DNA of 63,494 nt, filler included, from Candidatus Babelota bacterium (GCA_017999075.1; 6 parts of 6 records of this genome joined end to end with filler, not necessarily neighbours in it), one strand, 5' to 3'; positions 1 through 10,703 are shown, counted from the first letter of the whole stretch. Notes: generated from the sequence alone by a model not told the origin. Numbers and translations: made by a program.

Positions 1-817
1 CTCTTTTATCGTTCAATCCCGGCAATTTTTCTCTTTCTTTAATATCTATTTTTAATAACATTTCTAAAATTTCTTCTATATCTGTTCTATATAGTATGCT
101 GTTATGTACAAGTTTTTCATCATATTCTTTTAATCCCTGTTTTATAGCTGATAAACATGTAATTGTTCCGCCTACTCCTATAAGTTGATCTTTTGATATA
201 TCGAAAGAAATTTTTCCTATTTCTACTCTTAAATAATTCTGCATATTTTTTATGCCGTTTTCATCAACCGGAAATTTCCCGGTATTAAATTTTTCTGTCA
301 TTACAACGCAACCTATAGAAAAACTTATACCTCCGTCATATTTTATTTCTGATGATGAAGTACAATATCTTCCTCTTGATATTTCAGTTGATCCGCCGCC
401 TATATCTAAGACGGATATTTTTTCATATAATAAAGTTTTATCGATTGATTTCAAAACTCCTTCAAATGTTAATTTTGCTTCCTCTTCTCCAGTTAATATT
501 TTGATTTTTTTTCCGGTGCGAGAATAAAATTTTTCTAATAATTCTTTGCTGTTACTGGCTTTCCTCAACCCTTCAGTACCAAAAAATATTGTTTCATCAC
601 ATTTATATTCAGAACAAATTTTATTTATATTTATCAGTTCTTCTAAATTTTCTTCAATTTTTTTTGGAAGAATATAACCGTTTTTATCTAATTCTTTCCC
701 AATACGGGTGGTCTTCAATCTTTTATAAATTGTTCTAAAATTTCGGTTTTCATCAATATCCAAAATCAGCAATCTCAACGAGTTTGTACCTATATCTATG
801 CCGGCTATACGTCGCAT
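1..817 (-). CDS. ppx: Ppx/GppA family exopolyphosphatase (3'-truncated at window edge)
   Basis: Not in the ORF track. Manual minus-strand translation from ATG at 817 gives MRRIAGIDIGTNSLRLLI (ASKHA phosphate-1 motif). DIGGGSTE lies near 385-408, and the frame reads ..EREKLPGLNDKR at the window edge. Confidence 0.88.
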   Translation of the reverse strand, partial: MRRIAGIDIGTNSLRLLILDIDENRNFRTIYKRLKTTRIGKELDKNGYILPKKIEENLEELININKICSEYKCDETIFFGTEGLRKASNSKELLEKFYSRTGKKIKILTGEEEAKLTFEGVLKSIDKTLLYEKISVLDIGGGSTEISRGRYCTSSSEIKYDGGISFSIGCVVMTEKFNTGKFPVDENGIKNMQNYLRVEIGKISFDISKDQLIGVGGTITCLSAIKQGLKEYDEKLVHNSILYRTDIEEILEMLLKIDIKEREKLPGLNDKR

Positions 818-867
818 AATAATATTCTATATTAAACCCCATCTAACAAAAATATATAAAATAAAAA

Positions 868-1692
868 CTATTTTTCGCTCAAATATTTGTCCAAAGAACA
901 TTTTTCGTGTTTTACAAACGCCCTCTGCCTTTTCATCAAATTATCCCAGTCTACCTGATGTCCGTCAAATTCAGGACCGTCAACACAAACAAATTTTGCA
1001 TTTCCGCCTATTGTAACGCGGCAACTTCCGCACATTCCTGTCCCGTCAATCATTATTGAATTCAAGCTTACTATTGTATTTATATTATTTTGTTTTGTCA
1101 ATTCAGACACATTTTTCATCATAACCGCAGGACCTATTGCAACCACTTCGTCTACTTTTTCAGATTTAATCAATTCTTTTAATTTATCGGTTACAAATCC
1201 TTTTATACCATAACTTCCGTCATCTGTTGTAAAAAATATTTGATCTGAAATTTCAGTCATTTCTTTTTCAAGCAATATTAACTTTTTGTTTCTCCCGCCG
1301 ATTATTGAAATCACCTTATTCCCTTTTTCTTTCATCGCTTTTGCTATAGGATAAATTACAGCTATACCTACTCCGCCGCCTATACATACTACTGTTCCAG
1401 TTTTTTTTATTTCAGTAGGTTTTCCAAGCGGTCCTACCACACTATATAAAAAATCCCCTTCTTTCATTTTATCAATTCTATGAGTTGAAGTTCCTACTAC
1501 CTGTATTATTACAGATATTATTCTTTTTTCTGAATCTGAATTCATAATTGTAAAAGGCGCGCGTTCACTATTTTCCGTAGGTATAATTAATATAAATTGC
1601 CCGGGTTTACGTTTTTCAGCAATTTCTCCAGCTTCAATATCAAGCTGAATAATATTTTCAGCTAATTGTTTTTTATTTACAATTTTAAACAT
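868..1692 (-). CDS. NfnA/SudB-like FAD/NAD-binding [2Fe-2S] oxidoreductase (PyrK-like family)
   Basis: KPGQF, VVGPLGKP, GGGVG and IGPAVMM motifs; C-terminal DGTGMCGSCRV..CVDGPEF is the Asp/3Cys [2Fe-2S] motif typical of NfnA/SudB. Confidence 0.85.
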   Translation of the reverse strand: MFKIVNKKQLAENIIQLDIEAGEIAEKRKPGQFILIIPTENSERAPFTIMNSDSEKRIISVIIQVVGTSTHRIDKMKEGDFLYSVVGPLGKPTEIKKTGTVVCIGGGVGIAVIYPIAKAMKEKGNKVISIIGGRNKKLILLEKEMTEISDQIFFTTDDGSYGIKGFVTDKLKELIKSEKVDEVVAIGPAVMMKNVSELTKQNNINTIVSLNSIMIDGTGMCGSCRVTIGGNAKFVCVDGPEFDGHQVDWDNLMKRQRAFVKHEKCSLDKYLSEK

Positions 1693-1707
1693 AACTTGTT
1701 TTCTCCG

Positions 1708-3591
1708 TCATTTTTGTTTTGATTTAAAATATATTGCTAAAACTGCCAGATCAGATTGCCTGACACCTGTAATTCTTGACGCCTGTCCAATATTAACAGG
1801 TTTAATTTTATTTAATTTTTCTGCAGATTCAAATGAAATAGCTTTTACAGTATGATAATCTACATTCTCAGGAAGTTTCATTTTTTCCATTTTTTTTATT
1901 TTTTTAACATCTTTAACTTGTTTGTCTATATATCCTTTATATTTAATATCATATACCATTGTTTCTACTGTTCGTTCAGGTAATTCTTTTAATTCCGGAC
2001 ATTGTTCATAAATAAAATCTAGTCCTATTTCAGGTCTTTTTATCAATTCTTTCAAATTTATAGTTTTTTTTAAAAAATTTGATTTCAACTGTTCTATTTT
2101 TGAATTCAAAAAAATTTCCGGAGTGATGTTTATATCAGATAATGCCGTAATTTTTTTTTCGATCATCTTGTATTTCTCAATCATTTTATTGTATTCTTCT
2201 TTATCTATCATACCTATTTTATATGCTATTCCGTTTAACCTTCTGTCAGCATTGTCCATTCGGAGCAGCAATCTATATTCTGCTCTTGAAGTGAACATTC
2301 TGTAAGGTTCATCCACTCCTTTAGTTACTAAATCGTCGGCTAAAACACCTATATATCCTTCATCGCGGGAAATTATCAAATTCTGTTTTTTCTTTATTTT
2401 TAAAGCAGCATTTATTCCTGCCATCAATCCCTGAGCCGCAGCCTCTTCATATCCTGTAGTTCCATTAACTTGCCCGGCTAAATATAATCCGGAAATTTTT
2501 TTAGTTTCAAAAGTGTGTCTTAATTGAGTTGGGAAAACAAAATCATACTCTATAGCATAAGCGCACCTTATTATTTCAGAATTTTCAAGACCCGATATGC
2601 TGTGTAAAATTTTATATTGTACTACTTCAGGTAAACTCGTCGATAAACCATTAACATAAACTTCATTAGTCAAATAACCCTCTTTTTCAAGAAACAGCTG
2701 ATGACGTTCTTTATCAGAAAATTTTATTATCTTATCTTCTATAGAAGGGCAATATCTTACTCCAGTTCCTGTAATATTCTTTATATCCCCATACATTGGA
2801 GAATATTTTATATTATTCATTATTATTTTATGCGTAGAGGTATTGGTATATGTTATATAACATGGAATTTGTATATTAACAATCTTTTCAGTTGAATAAG
2901 AAAACGGTACTGGTATATCATCAGGTTCCTGTATTTCAGTTTTAGAATAATCTATTGTTCTGCTATTTATTCTCACAGGAGTTCCAGTTTTCAAACGCCC
3001 GAGTTCCAGTCCGCACTTTCTCAAACTTTCAGATAGTCCTGATGAAGCAAATTCTCCGTATCTGCCTGCAGGAAAATTTTCACGGCCTATATGTATTTTT
3101 CCGTTCATAAACGTTCCTGCTGTAATTACAACGCATTTGCTTTTATAATATGATTTTCGCTGGGTTACAATTCCGGTTATTTTATTATTATTTATTATAA
3201 GTTCTTCAGCTGTATCTTGAATTATATGAAGATTATCAGTATTTTCAAGTTTGTGTTTCATTTCAATATGATATGATTTTTTATCAGCCTGGGCTCTTGG
3301 GGAAAATACAGCAGCTCCTTTTTTTTTATTCAATACTTTAAAATGTATTCCGGTCCTGTCTATGATTTTTCCCATCAACCCGCCAAGAGCATCTATCTCG
3401 CATACTATCTGTCCTTTAGCTATTCCTCCTATAGCGGGATTACACGACATTTGAGCTATTGAATCAGCATTCATTGTTATCAAAGCTGTTTTCATCCCAA
3501 GTTTGGCAGAAGCGGAAGCAGCTTCGCAACCAGCATGCCCTGCTCCTATAACTATAATATCAAAACTATCTATTAAATCAAAATTTTTCAT
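1708..3591 (-). CDS. mnmG: tRNA uridine-5-carboxymethylaminomethyl(34) synthesis enzyme MnmG/GidA
   Basis: GAGHAGCEAA, MSCNPAIGGIAKG, RYCPSIEDK, GQVNGTTGYEEAAAQG, EPYRMFTSRAEYRL. Confidence 0.98.
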   Translation of the reverse strand: MKNFDLIDSFDIIVIGAGHAGCEAASASAKLGMKTALITMNADSIAQMSCNPAIGGIAKGQIVCEIDALGGLMGKIIDRTGIHFKVLNKKKGAAVFSPRAQADKKSYHIEMKHKLENTDNLHIIQDTAEELIINNNKITGIVTQRKSYYKSKCVVITAGTFMNGKIHIGRENFPAGRYGEFASSGLSESLRKCGLELGRLKTGTPVRINSRTIDYSKTEIQEPDDIPVPFSYSTEKIVNIQIPCYITYTNTSTHKIIMNNIKYSPMYGDIKNITGTGVRYCPSIEDKIIKFSDKERHQLFLEKEGYLTNEVYVNGLSTSLPEVVQYKILHSISGLENSEIIRCAYAIEYDFVFPTQLRHTFETKKISGLYLAGQVNGTTGYEEAAAQGLMAGINAALKIKKKQNLIISRDEGYIGVLADDLVTKGVDEPYRMFTSRAEYRLLLRMDNADRRLNGIAYKIGMIDKEEYNKMIEKYKMIEKKITALSDINITPEIFLNSKIEQLKSNFLKKTINLKELIKRPEIGLDFIYEQCPELKELPERTVETMVYDIKYKGYIDKQVKDVKKIKKMEKMKLPENVDYHTVKAISFESAEKLNKIKPVNIGQASRITGVRQSDLAVLAIYFKSKQK

Positions 3592-3613
3592 AAATAAAAC
3601 TAAAACTTTAACT

Positions 3614-3696
3614 AAAAAAAATACCGCAAAAAATGCTTAGTTTAAGAATAATGCTAATCTTTTTAGTAATACTCAAAACCGGCATTTCCTGCGGTA
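3614..3696 (-). terminator. Long interrupted hairpin plus U-tract between ilvE and mnmG
   Basis: On the minus strand UACCGCAGGAAAUGC pairs with GCAUUUUUUGCGGUA (15 bp with 2 G-U). An imperfect AU-rich upper stem follows, then a U8 run. Confidence 0.6.
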
Positions 3697-3785
3697 AAAA
3701 AAATATTTCTATTTTTCCATTTTCTGAAAAAATCCAAATAATAAAATTTTAAATCTGTAAATTTTATCGACTGAAACCAACATTT

Positions 3786-4709
3786 TTATTTAACATATGT
3801 AAGCCAATTATGTTTATCTTCTACCCTCGCTTCTATTATGTCAAAAAATTTTTCCTGTAAAAGTCCGGTTATAGGCCCGCGTTTCCCTGTATTAACTTTT
3901 ATTTTATCAACTGACCTTACAGGAGTTATTTCAGCAGCGCTTCCCGTTAAAAACAACTCGTCGCATATATATAACAATTCTCTAGATAAAGATTGAACTT
4001 CTACTTCTATTCCGTTTTCTTTAGCCAGTGTAATTACAGAATCCCTTGTTATTCCAGGCAATACAGAATTGCATATTGACGGAGTATACAATTTCCCTTT
4101 AAGAACAACAAAAACATTTTCACCGCTGCCTTCTGAAATATAACCGTTTGTATCAAGACCTATGCCTTCAGAATATCCGTTTAACAAAGCTTCCATTTTT
4201 ATAAGCTGGCTATTCATATAATTCGCCCCGGCTTTTGCTGCAGTCGGCATTGTGTTCGGCGCCATCCTGTTCCAAGACGAAACGCATACATCGATTCCCT
4301 GTTCCATTCCTTCATCTCCAAGATATTTTCCCCACTCCCAAACTGCTATTGCAGTTTCTATAGGGCATTTAAAAGGATTTACTCCCATTTCTCCATATCC
4401 TCTAAAAGAAATCGGCCTTACATAACAACTTTCAATATTATTGATTTTTATAGTTTCCACAGTAGCCTTAACAAGTTCTTCAACAGAATAAGGAATTTCC
4501 ATACGATATATTTTGCCAGAATTTATCAAGCGGGTCATATGTTCATGTATTCTGAAACACGCAGATCCTTTATTATTTTTATAACATCTCATTCCTTCAA
4601 ATACACTTGAACCATAATGAACAACATGAGATAAAATATGTATTTTCGCATCATCTCCATTTATAAATTTTCCATTCATCCATATTTTGGAATTTTTTTT
4701 TAATGTCAT
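3786..4709 (-). CDS. ilvE: Branched-chain amino acid aminotransferase
   Basis: HYGSSVFEGMRCY, AKAGANY (PLP Lys), EGSGENVF, LPGITRDSV, FLTGSAAEITPV. ATG at 4709 is preceded by a GAGGTG RBS. Confidence 0.97.
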   Translation of the reverse strand: MTLKKNSKIWMNGKFINGDDAKIHILSHVVHYGSSVFEGMRCYKNNKGSACFRIHEHMTRLINSGKIYRMEIPYSVEELVKATVETIKINNIESCYVRPISFRGYGEMGVNPFKCPIETAIAVWEWGKYLGDEGMEQGIDVCVSSWNRMAPNTMPTAAKAGANYMNSQLIKMEALLNGYSEGIGLDTNGYISEGSGENVFVVLKGKLYTPSICNSVLPGITRDSVITLAKENGIEVEVQSLSRELLYICDELFLTGSAAEITPVRSVDKIKVNTGKRGPITGLLQEKFFDIIEARVEDKHNWLTYVK

Positions 4710-4760
4710 TTTAAGCACCTCGAAATATTATAAATTATTTTATCATAATACTAAATTTTT

Positions 4761-7364
4761 TTATTTTTCTTCGTTAAGTTTAGTTTTTTCTTTTTCTTCA
4801 ACGGTTCCATTTTCATTTGTTTCGATAATTTCCTCTTCACTTTCAGCTACTGCAGCAATATCAATCAACAAATCATTTTCTTCAAGTTTTATCAATCTTA
4901 CTCCCTGGGTATTTCTTCCTATACATCTCAGTTCACTAACTTTCTGACGTATTATCATACCCTGTTTAGTCATTATCATTAATTCATCAGTATCTCTAAC
5001 ATTTAAAATAGAAACCACTTTTCCATTCCTGTCACTTGTCTTAATATTTATTATCCCTTTACCTCCACGATTAGTTAAACGATATTCATTTATATCCGTT
5101 CTTTTACCGAATCCATTTTCAGTAGCAGTTAATATCGTATCATCGTCTTTTACTACAACCATTCCTATAACATAATCGTTATTTTTAGTATCAAGGCGAA
5201 TCCCCGTAACTCCCATTGATGTTCTTCCTACAGAACGAACACGTTTCTCATCAAATCTTATAGCCTGACCATTCAAAGTACCAATTACTATCTGACTCTG
5301 ACCATCGGTTAATTTCACATCTATCAAAGTATCATTTTCTTTAAGCGTTATTGCCTGGATTCCTCCTTTTCTCGGATGACTATAAGCAGACAAGAAGGTT
5401 TTTTTTATTATTCCACCTTTGGTCAGCATTATCAAATAACTGTTATCATCAAATACTTTTACAGGTATATAAGCAGTAATCTTTTCAGTTTCAGCAAGTT
5501 CAAGTAAATTTACTATAGCTTTTCCTCTGCTTCTGCGCTCTCCTTCAGGTATCTGATAAACTTTCAACCAATGAACCTTCCCCGAATTTGTAAAAAATAA
5601 AATATAGTTATGAGTAGATGCTATAAACATTTGGGATACAAAATCATCATCTTTCGTATCCATTCCATATAATCCTCTGCCTCCCCGATGCTGGGCTTTA
5701 TAAATACTTGTCGCAGTCCGTTTGATATATCCTTTATGAGTAACTGTTAAAACCATTTCCTCGTCTGCAATAAGATCTTCTATGTCAAATTCCCCAAGAT
5801 TTTCGGTTATTTCAGTTTTTCTGGCATCTCCATATTCTGTAATTATTCGGCTCAAATCTTCTTTTATAATATTCAAAATCAACTGCCTGCTTGCCAGAAT
5901 TTCTTTCAATTTTTTTATTAATTCAATAACCTCCTTGTATTCCTGTTCTATTTTTTCAATTTCTAATCCTGTCAATCTTTGCAATTGCATTTTTAAAACA
6001 GCAAGTGCCTGAATTTCACTTAATAAAAATTTTGTCATCAATCCTGTCTTAGCTATTTCCGGCGTTTTTGATTTTTTAATCGTTTCAATAACTTCATCAA
6101 GATTAGCAAGAGCAATTTTATAACCTTCAAGTATATGCGCCCGCTCTTCAGCTTTACGCAATTCATATTTCGTACGCCTTATTATTACCTCAATTCTATG
6201 CTCTATATAACAATTATTCAATTCTTTTAAATTCAATACTTTCGGCTTGTTTTCAACTATAGCAAGCATTATTACGCCGAAAGTTGTTTGAAGCATAGTA
6301 TGCTTAAACAATTGATTCAATATTATTTCAGGATTTTCATTCCGTTTTAATTCTATAACTATACGCATTCCATCTCTATCAGATTCATCACGCAAGTCAG
6401 AAATACCTTCTATTATTCCTTCATGAACCAATGAAGCTATTTGTTTTATTAAACTTGTTTTATTTACCTGATATGGAATTTCATTAACAATTATACATTG
6501 TTTATTAGCGCTGTGTTTACTTTCTTCAATTTTAGTTTTTCCTCTAACCAATATTTTCCCGCGGCCGGTTTCATACATATCCACTATTCCGCGTCTGCCA
6601 TAAATTATCCCGCCTGTAGGAAAATCAGGACCGCTTATTATTTTTATCAAATCAGAAATCTTAATATCCGGATTATCTATTTGACTTATTATAGCATTAC
6701 ACACTTCAATTATATTATGAGGAGGAATGTTGGTTGCCATTCCTACCGCTATTCCTGAAGATCCATTTAACAAAAGATTCGGCAATGCAGCAGGCAATAC
6801 TGTCGGTTCAACAAGAGACTCGTCAAAATTCGGAATAAAATCTACAGTTTCTTTATCTATGTCATTTAAAAGTTCATTTGCAATACGCTTCATACGAGCT
6901 TCTGTATAACGCATTGCTGCAGCATTATCTCCGTCTACTGATCCAAAATTTCCTTGTCCGTCAACTAACGGATATCTTAAAGAAAATTGCTGTACCATCC
7001 TTACCATAGCATCATATACAGCTGTATCTCCATGCGGATGATATTTACCTAAAACTTCTCCGACAATTCTCGCGCTTTTTCTATATGCTTTGTTGTATGA
7101 TAAACTCATATCATTCATAGCGTATAAAATACGCCTATGCACAGGTTTCAATCCGTCCCTTGCGTCAGGAAGAGCTCTTCCTATAATTACACTCATAGAA
7201 TAATCTATATAAGAGTACTTTAATTCATCTTCAATAAATGAAGTTTTAACATTAGGATTCTCATCATTTTCTTGAACATGATTAACGTTGGAATCTTCAA
7301 TCTTTACATCATTATAATTTAATTTGTTATTATTATCAAAATTTTTATCTTTTTCAATATCCAT
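4761..7364 (-). CDS. gyrA: DNA gyrase subunit A
   Basis: [29 protein letters not shown] (catalytic Tyr), GyrA-box QHRGGRG and C-terminal pinwheel repeats. Confidence 0.98.
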   Translation of the reverse strand: MDIEKDKNFDNNNKLNYNDVKIEDSNVNHVQENDENPNVKTSFIEDELKYSYIDYSMSVIIGRALPDARDGLKPVHRRILYAMNDMSLSYNKAYRKSARIVGEVLGKYHPHGDTAVYDAMVRMVQQFSLRYPLVDGQGNFGSVDGDNAAAMRYTEARMKRIANELLNDIDKETVDFIPNFDESLVEPTVLPAALPNLLLNGSSGIAVGMATNIPPHNIIEVCNAIISQIDNPDIKISDLIKIISGPDFPTGGIIYGRRGIVDMYETGRGKILVRGKTKIEESKHSANKQCIIVNEIPYQVNKTSLIKQIASLVHEGIIEGISDLRDESDRDGMRIVIELKRNENPEIILNQLFKHTMLQTTFGVIMLAIVENKPKVLNLKELNNCYIEHRIEVIIRRTKYELRKAEERAHILEGYKIALANLDEVIETIKKSKTPEIAKTGLMTKFLLSEIQALAVLKMQLQRLTGLEIEKIEQEYKEVIELIKKLKEILASRQLILNIIKEDLSRIITEYGDARKTEITENLGEFDIEDLIADEEMVLTVTHKGYIKRTATSIYKAQHRGGRGLYGMDTKDDDFVSQMFIASTHNYILFFTNSGKVHWLKVYQIPEGERRSRGKAIVNLLELAETEKITAYIPVKVFDDNSYLIMLTKGGIIKKTFLSAYSHPRKGGIQAITLKENDTLIDVKLTDGQSQIVIGTLNGQAIRFDEKRVRSVGRTSMGVTGIRLDTKNNDYVIGMVVVKDDDTILTATENGFGKRTDINEYRLTNRGGKGIINIKTSDRNGKVVSILNVRDTDELMIMTKQGMIIRQKVSELRCIGRNTQGVRLIKLEENDLLIDIAAVAESEEEIIETNENGTVEEKEKTKLNEEK

Positions 7365-7493
7365 TAAATTTTCACCTAAAATATATTGTCTTAACTAAAA
7401 ATCTTATAAAATTTAAAATTTTTTCGTTATTTTATTATATTGTAATAAATAAATCAAGTAATTTCCCCCTTTGTAAAAAATTAAAATTTAAAC

Positions 7494-7521
7494 TTGACTT
7501 ATAATTTTTTTTTTATATAAT
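7494..7521 (+). promoter_or_regulatory. Sigma70-type promoter of acpP
   Basis: TTGACT(7494-7499)-16 nt-TATAAT(7516-7521), with a GGAGG RBS at 7559-7563. Confidence 0.6.
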
Positions 7522-7567
7522 CCTTTTGAAATTAAATATGTTCTTTTATAAAAAGGCAGGAGGTTTA

Positions 7568-7807
7568 ATGATGAGCGAAATCGCTGATAAAGTAAAAAAA
7601 ATTATTCAAGAACAATTAGATGTTGAAGAATCTCAGATTACCGAAAACGCTTCATTTATTGAAGATTTGGGCGCTGATTCTCTTGATCAAGCAGAACTGA
7701 TAATGGCTCTTGAAGAAGAACTTGATATCGATATTCCTGACGAAGAAGCGGAAAAACTTACTACCGTAGGTTCCGCAATCAAATATATCGAAGAAAAATT
7801 GGCGTAA
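7568..7807 (+). CDS. acpP: Acyl carrier protein
   Basis: DLGADSLD phosphopantetheine motif; acidic protein of about 79 aa. The start is ATG 7568 or 7571 after GGAGG. Confidence 0.97.
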   Translation: MMSEIADKVKKIIQEQLDVEESQITENASFIEDLGADSLDQAELIMALEEELDIDIPDEEAEKLTTVGSAIKYIEEKLA

Positions 7808-7921
7808 ATAAAAAATTTTTATTTTTAACTTATATTGATTTTTTATTTTAACAATAAGAGCACAGTATATTTTAAAAATTACAATTTCATAATTATTTTA
7901 TGAAATTATTTTTTTAATTTC

Positions 7922-7988
7922 AAGCGGAAGTATATCAATCTAATCATAATGGGTTATATTGAATAAAAACTTCCGCTTTTATTTTTTA
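7922..7988 (+). terminator. Long interrupted hairpin plus U-tract after acpP
   Basis: AAGCGGAAGT(7922-7931)/ACTTCCGCTT(7969-7978) form a perfect 10-bp base. Inner pairs are TCAAT/ATTGA and TAATC/GGTTA. TTATTTTTT follows. Confidence 0.6.
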
Positions 7989-8056
7989 TATCAAAAAATT
8001 ACAGCTAATTCCATAAAATATTTATCATAACATAACAAAATAAATTAAGGTATGAA

Positions 8057-9352
8057 ATGAAAACGGAAAATTTTTTAAGTAATATTTATTTAGGCATAGA
8101 AGTAAAAGATATGCTTACAGCATTTATAATTATTGTATTAGCTTTTATCATTTCAAAAATATTCAGATATATTCTTATAAATAAACTTGCAAAACTTGCT
8201 GATTTCACTGAAACTGATTTTGACAACCAGCTAATACAAAAATTGGAAAAACCATTAGGTAATTATATAATATTATTCGGAATATCTTTTTCTAAAACCT
8301 TCATAATTTTTCAAAATTCTTTCGACACTTTCGCGACAAACACAATAACTTCTTTAATGATAATAAATACCGCATATCTTGCAATCAGCATTTGCGGTTT
8401 ATTTACAAAATTATTGATCCCTGTTGTAAATAAAACTAAAATTAAACTTGACGATGATATCCTTAGTTTTATAGATAAATCGATTAAAATATTTATAATT
8501 ATAATCACATCTGTCATAGTTATTGACAATTATTTTATTTTTTCCGAAAAAACTAATACTGTTGTAAATAAAATTTTTGTAATGTTCATCACGATAAATG
8601 TAATTTATATCTTATTTAAAATGACAGATATTTTTATAAAAATGATGGTTCCTTTTGTTGAAAGAACTCATTCAAAACTCGATGATCAGCTTCTTCCTAT
8701 ATTAAGCAAAATAATAAAAACATCTGTTATTATCGTAGGTGTGTTAACAATTTTAAAAAACCTCGGTTATGATGTTTCAGCGCTTCTGGCAGGTCTTGGC
8801 ATAGGAGGTCTGGCATTTGCTCTTGCGGCAAAAGACACATTAGCAAATTTTTTCGGTTCAATAGTCGTATTTACTGACCAACCCTTTCAAATAGGAGATA
8901 GAATTACAATAAACAATAATGACGGCGTTGTTCTTGATGTGGGATTAAGAAGCACTAAATTAAAAACTGCTAAAGGCACTGAAATTACAATTCCTAACAG
9001 TGAAATAGCTAATTCAAGCATAGAAAATTTTTCTCGAAAATCATCAAGAAAAGTTGTTGCCAAACTTGGGTTGGACTATTCTTCTTCAACTCAAAAAATT
9101 GATGAAGCTATTAAAATAGTTAAAAATATTTTGTTGCAAGAAGAAAAAACAGAAAAAGATTTTCAAGTTTATTTTTCTGATTTCGGGGATTTTTCTTTAA
9201 ACATAAGTATTATCTATTGGCTTAATGAGGAAGATTTCACAAAATATTCGGAAATATTAACAGTAATTAATCAAAAAATAAAGAATAAACTTCAAGAAGC
9301 CGGAATTGAATTTGCCTATCCTACTCAAACATTATTTGTTAAAAAATATTAA
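8057..9352 (+). CDS. MscS-family mechanosensitive channel with extended N-terminal TM region
   Basis: LLAGLGIGGLAFALAAKDTLANFFGS, PFQIGDRI, GLRSTKL, IPNS and C-terminal GIEFAYPTQTL. Confidence 0.93.
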   Translation: MKTENFLSNIYLGIEVKDMLTAFIIIVLAFIISKIFRYILINKLAKLADFTETDFDNQLIQKLEKPLGNYIILFGISFSKTFIIFQNSFDTFATNTITSLMIINTAYLAISICGLFTKLLIPVVNKTKIKLDDDILSFIDKSIKIFIIIITSVIVIDNYFIFSEKTNTVVNKIFVMFITINVIYILFKMTDIFIKMMVPFVERTHSKLDDQLLPILSKIIKTSVIIVGVLTILKNLGYDVSALLAGLGIGGLAFALAAKDTLANFFGSIVVFTDQPFQIGDRITINNNDGVVLDVGLRSTKLKTAKGTEITIPNSEIANSSIENFSRKSSRKVVAKLGLDYSSSTQKIDEAIKIVKNILLQEEKTEKDFQVYFSDFGDFSLNISIIYWLNEEDFTKYSEILTVINQKIKNKLQEAGIEFAYPTQTLFVKKY

Positions 9353-9362
9353 TAACTGTATT

Positions 9363-10493
9363 ATGTTTAATAATATATATAACGATGAAAAATTTATGCG
9401 AATCGCTCTTAAAGAAGCCGAAAAAGGCAAAGGGTTAACGTATCCAAATCCGGCAGTCGGCGCAATAATAGTAAACAAAGGAAAAATTTTATCATCAGGC
9501 TGGCATAAAAAATCAGGAAATCCCCACGCTGAAGTCGAAGCAATAAAGTCGTTAAATTTTAAAATTCCTCCCAACTCGGAGTTATATGTAACTTTAGAGC
9601 CTTGCAGTCATTTCGGCAAAACTCCGCCTTGTGCAAATCTGATTGTAAAACATAATTTCAAACGCGTTGTAATCGGAATACTTGATCCTAATCCATTAGT
9701 GAACGGTAAAGGAAAAAAAATTTTAGAACAGGCAGGCATAAAGGTTTCAACCGGCATTCGGCAGGAAGAATGTTATAAGATAAATGAAGATTTTTTTTAT
9801 GCCATAAAAAATAAACTTCCATTTATTACAGTTAAATGCGCGCTGACTTTGGATGGAAAAATTGCAAGCTTAACCGGAGATTCAAAATGGATTTCAAATG
9901 AAAAAAGCAGAACTTTCAGTCATTATCTTCGTAAAATCAATTCTGCAATTATGGTGGGAGCAAATACTGTAAAAACCGACAATCCTTCTTTAGACATAAG
10001 ATTGTATAAAAATAAGTATAAACAAAATACCAATATTATAGTTATTGACCCTAATTTTGAAACTTTGGAAAACAGCAACATATTAAAAAATAATCCCCCA
10101 GAAAAAATTTTTGTAGTTATAAATAAATCTGACAAAAAAATACAGAAACAAAAATTATTTTTATCAAAAAAAATTAATTTGTTAAAATTTGAAATCGACA
10201 AAAACGGAATGTTTGATATTAATAATATTATGAAAAAACTATATTCTATCGGTATTAATTCTATTATCGTTGAAGGGGGAGGCACTTTAATACATTCGCT
10301 TTTCAAATCAAATCTTGTTAATAAAATACATTTCATCTATGCACCGAAAATACTCGGTTTCGGGATTCAATGTGTAAATGGATTTTTATCTGAAAAAATT
10401 AATGATTCTATAAAAATCAACAATTGTTCAGTGAGAAAATTTAATGAAGATTTTATGATAACAGGTTATCCTGAATTTAATATTAAAGAGTAA
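9363..10493 (+). CDS. ribD: Bifunctional riboflavin biosynthesis deaminase/reductase RibD
   Basis: PNPAVGAII, HAEVEAI and LEPCSHFGKTPPC (deaminase); TLDGKIA, SKWIS and VEGGG (reductase). ATG at 9363. Confidence 0.96.
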   Translation: MFNNIYNDEKFMRIALKEAEKGKGLTYPNPAVGAIIVNKGKILSSGWHKKSGNPHAEVEAIKSLNFKIPPNSELYVTLEPCSHFGKTPPCANLIVKHNFKRVVIGILDPNPLVNGKGKKILEQAGIKVSTGIRQEECYKINEDFFYAIKNKLPFITVKCALTLDGKIASLTGDSKWISNEKSRTFSHYLRKINSAIMVGANTVKTDNPSLDIRLYKNKYKQNTNIIVIDPNFETLENSNILKNNPPEKIFVVINKSDKKIQKQKLFLSKKINLLKFEIDKNGMFDINNIMKKLYSIGINSIIVEGGGTLIHSLFKSNLVNKIHFIYAPKILGFGIQCVNGFLSEKINDSIKINNCSVRKFNEDFMITGYPEFNIKE

Positions 10494-10497
10494 AAAA

Positions 10498-10703
10498 ATG
10501 TTTTTAATAACAAAAATTTTCAAATTTGATTCTGCTCACAATCTTATAAATTATAACGGATTATGCGAGAATATGCACGGCCACACATATTCTCTTGAAG
10601 TAACTTTAAAGGGGTTAAAAAAAAAAGATGGGATGGTGATAGATTTTAATATTGTAAAAAATATAGTTCAAACTGAAATCATTTCCAATATTGATCACAA
10701 ATA
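10498..10703 (+). CDS. queD: 6-carboxy-5,6,7,8-tetrahydropterin synthase (3'-truncated)
   Basis: FDSAHNL, CENMHGHTY, GMVIDF, DHKY. The frame runs into an adapter-like sequence at the contig end. Confidence 0.9.

Noticed and set aside
4761-7364. gyrA without adjacent gyrB; possible parC
   Set aside because: The GyrA-box QHRGGRG is present, and split gyrA/gyrB loci are common.
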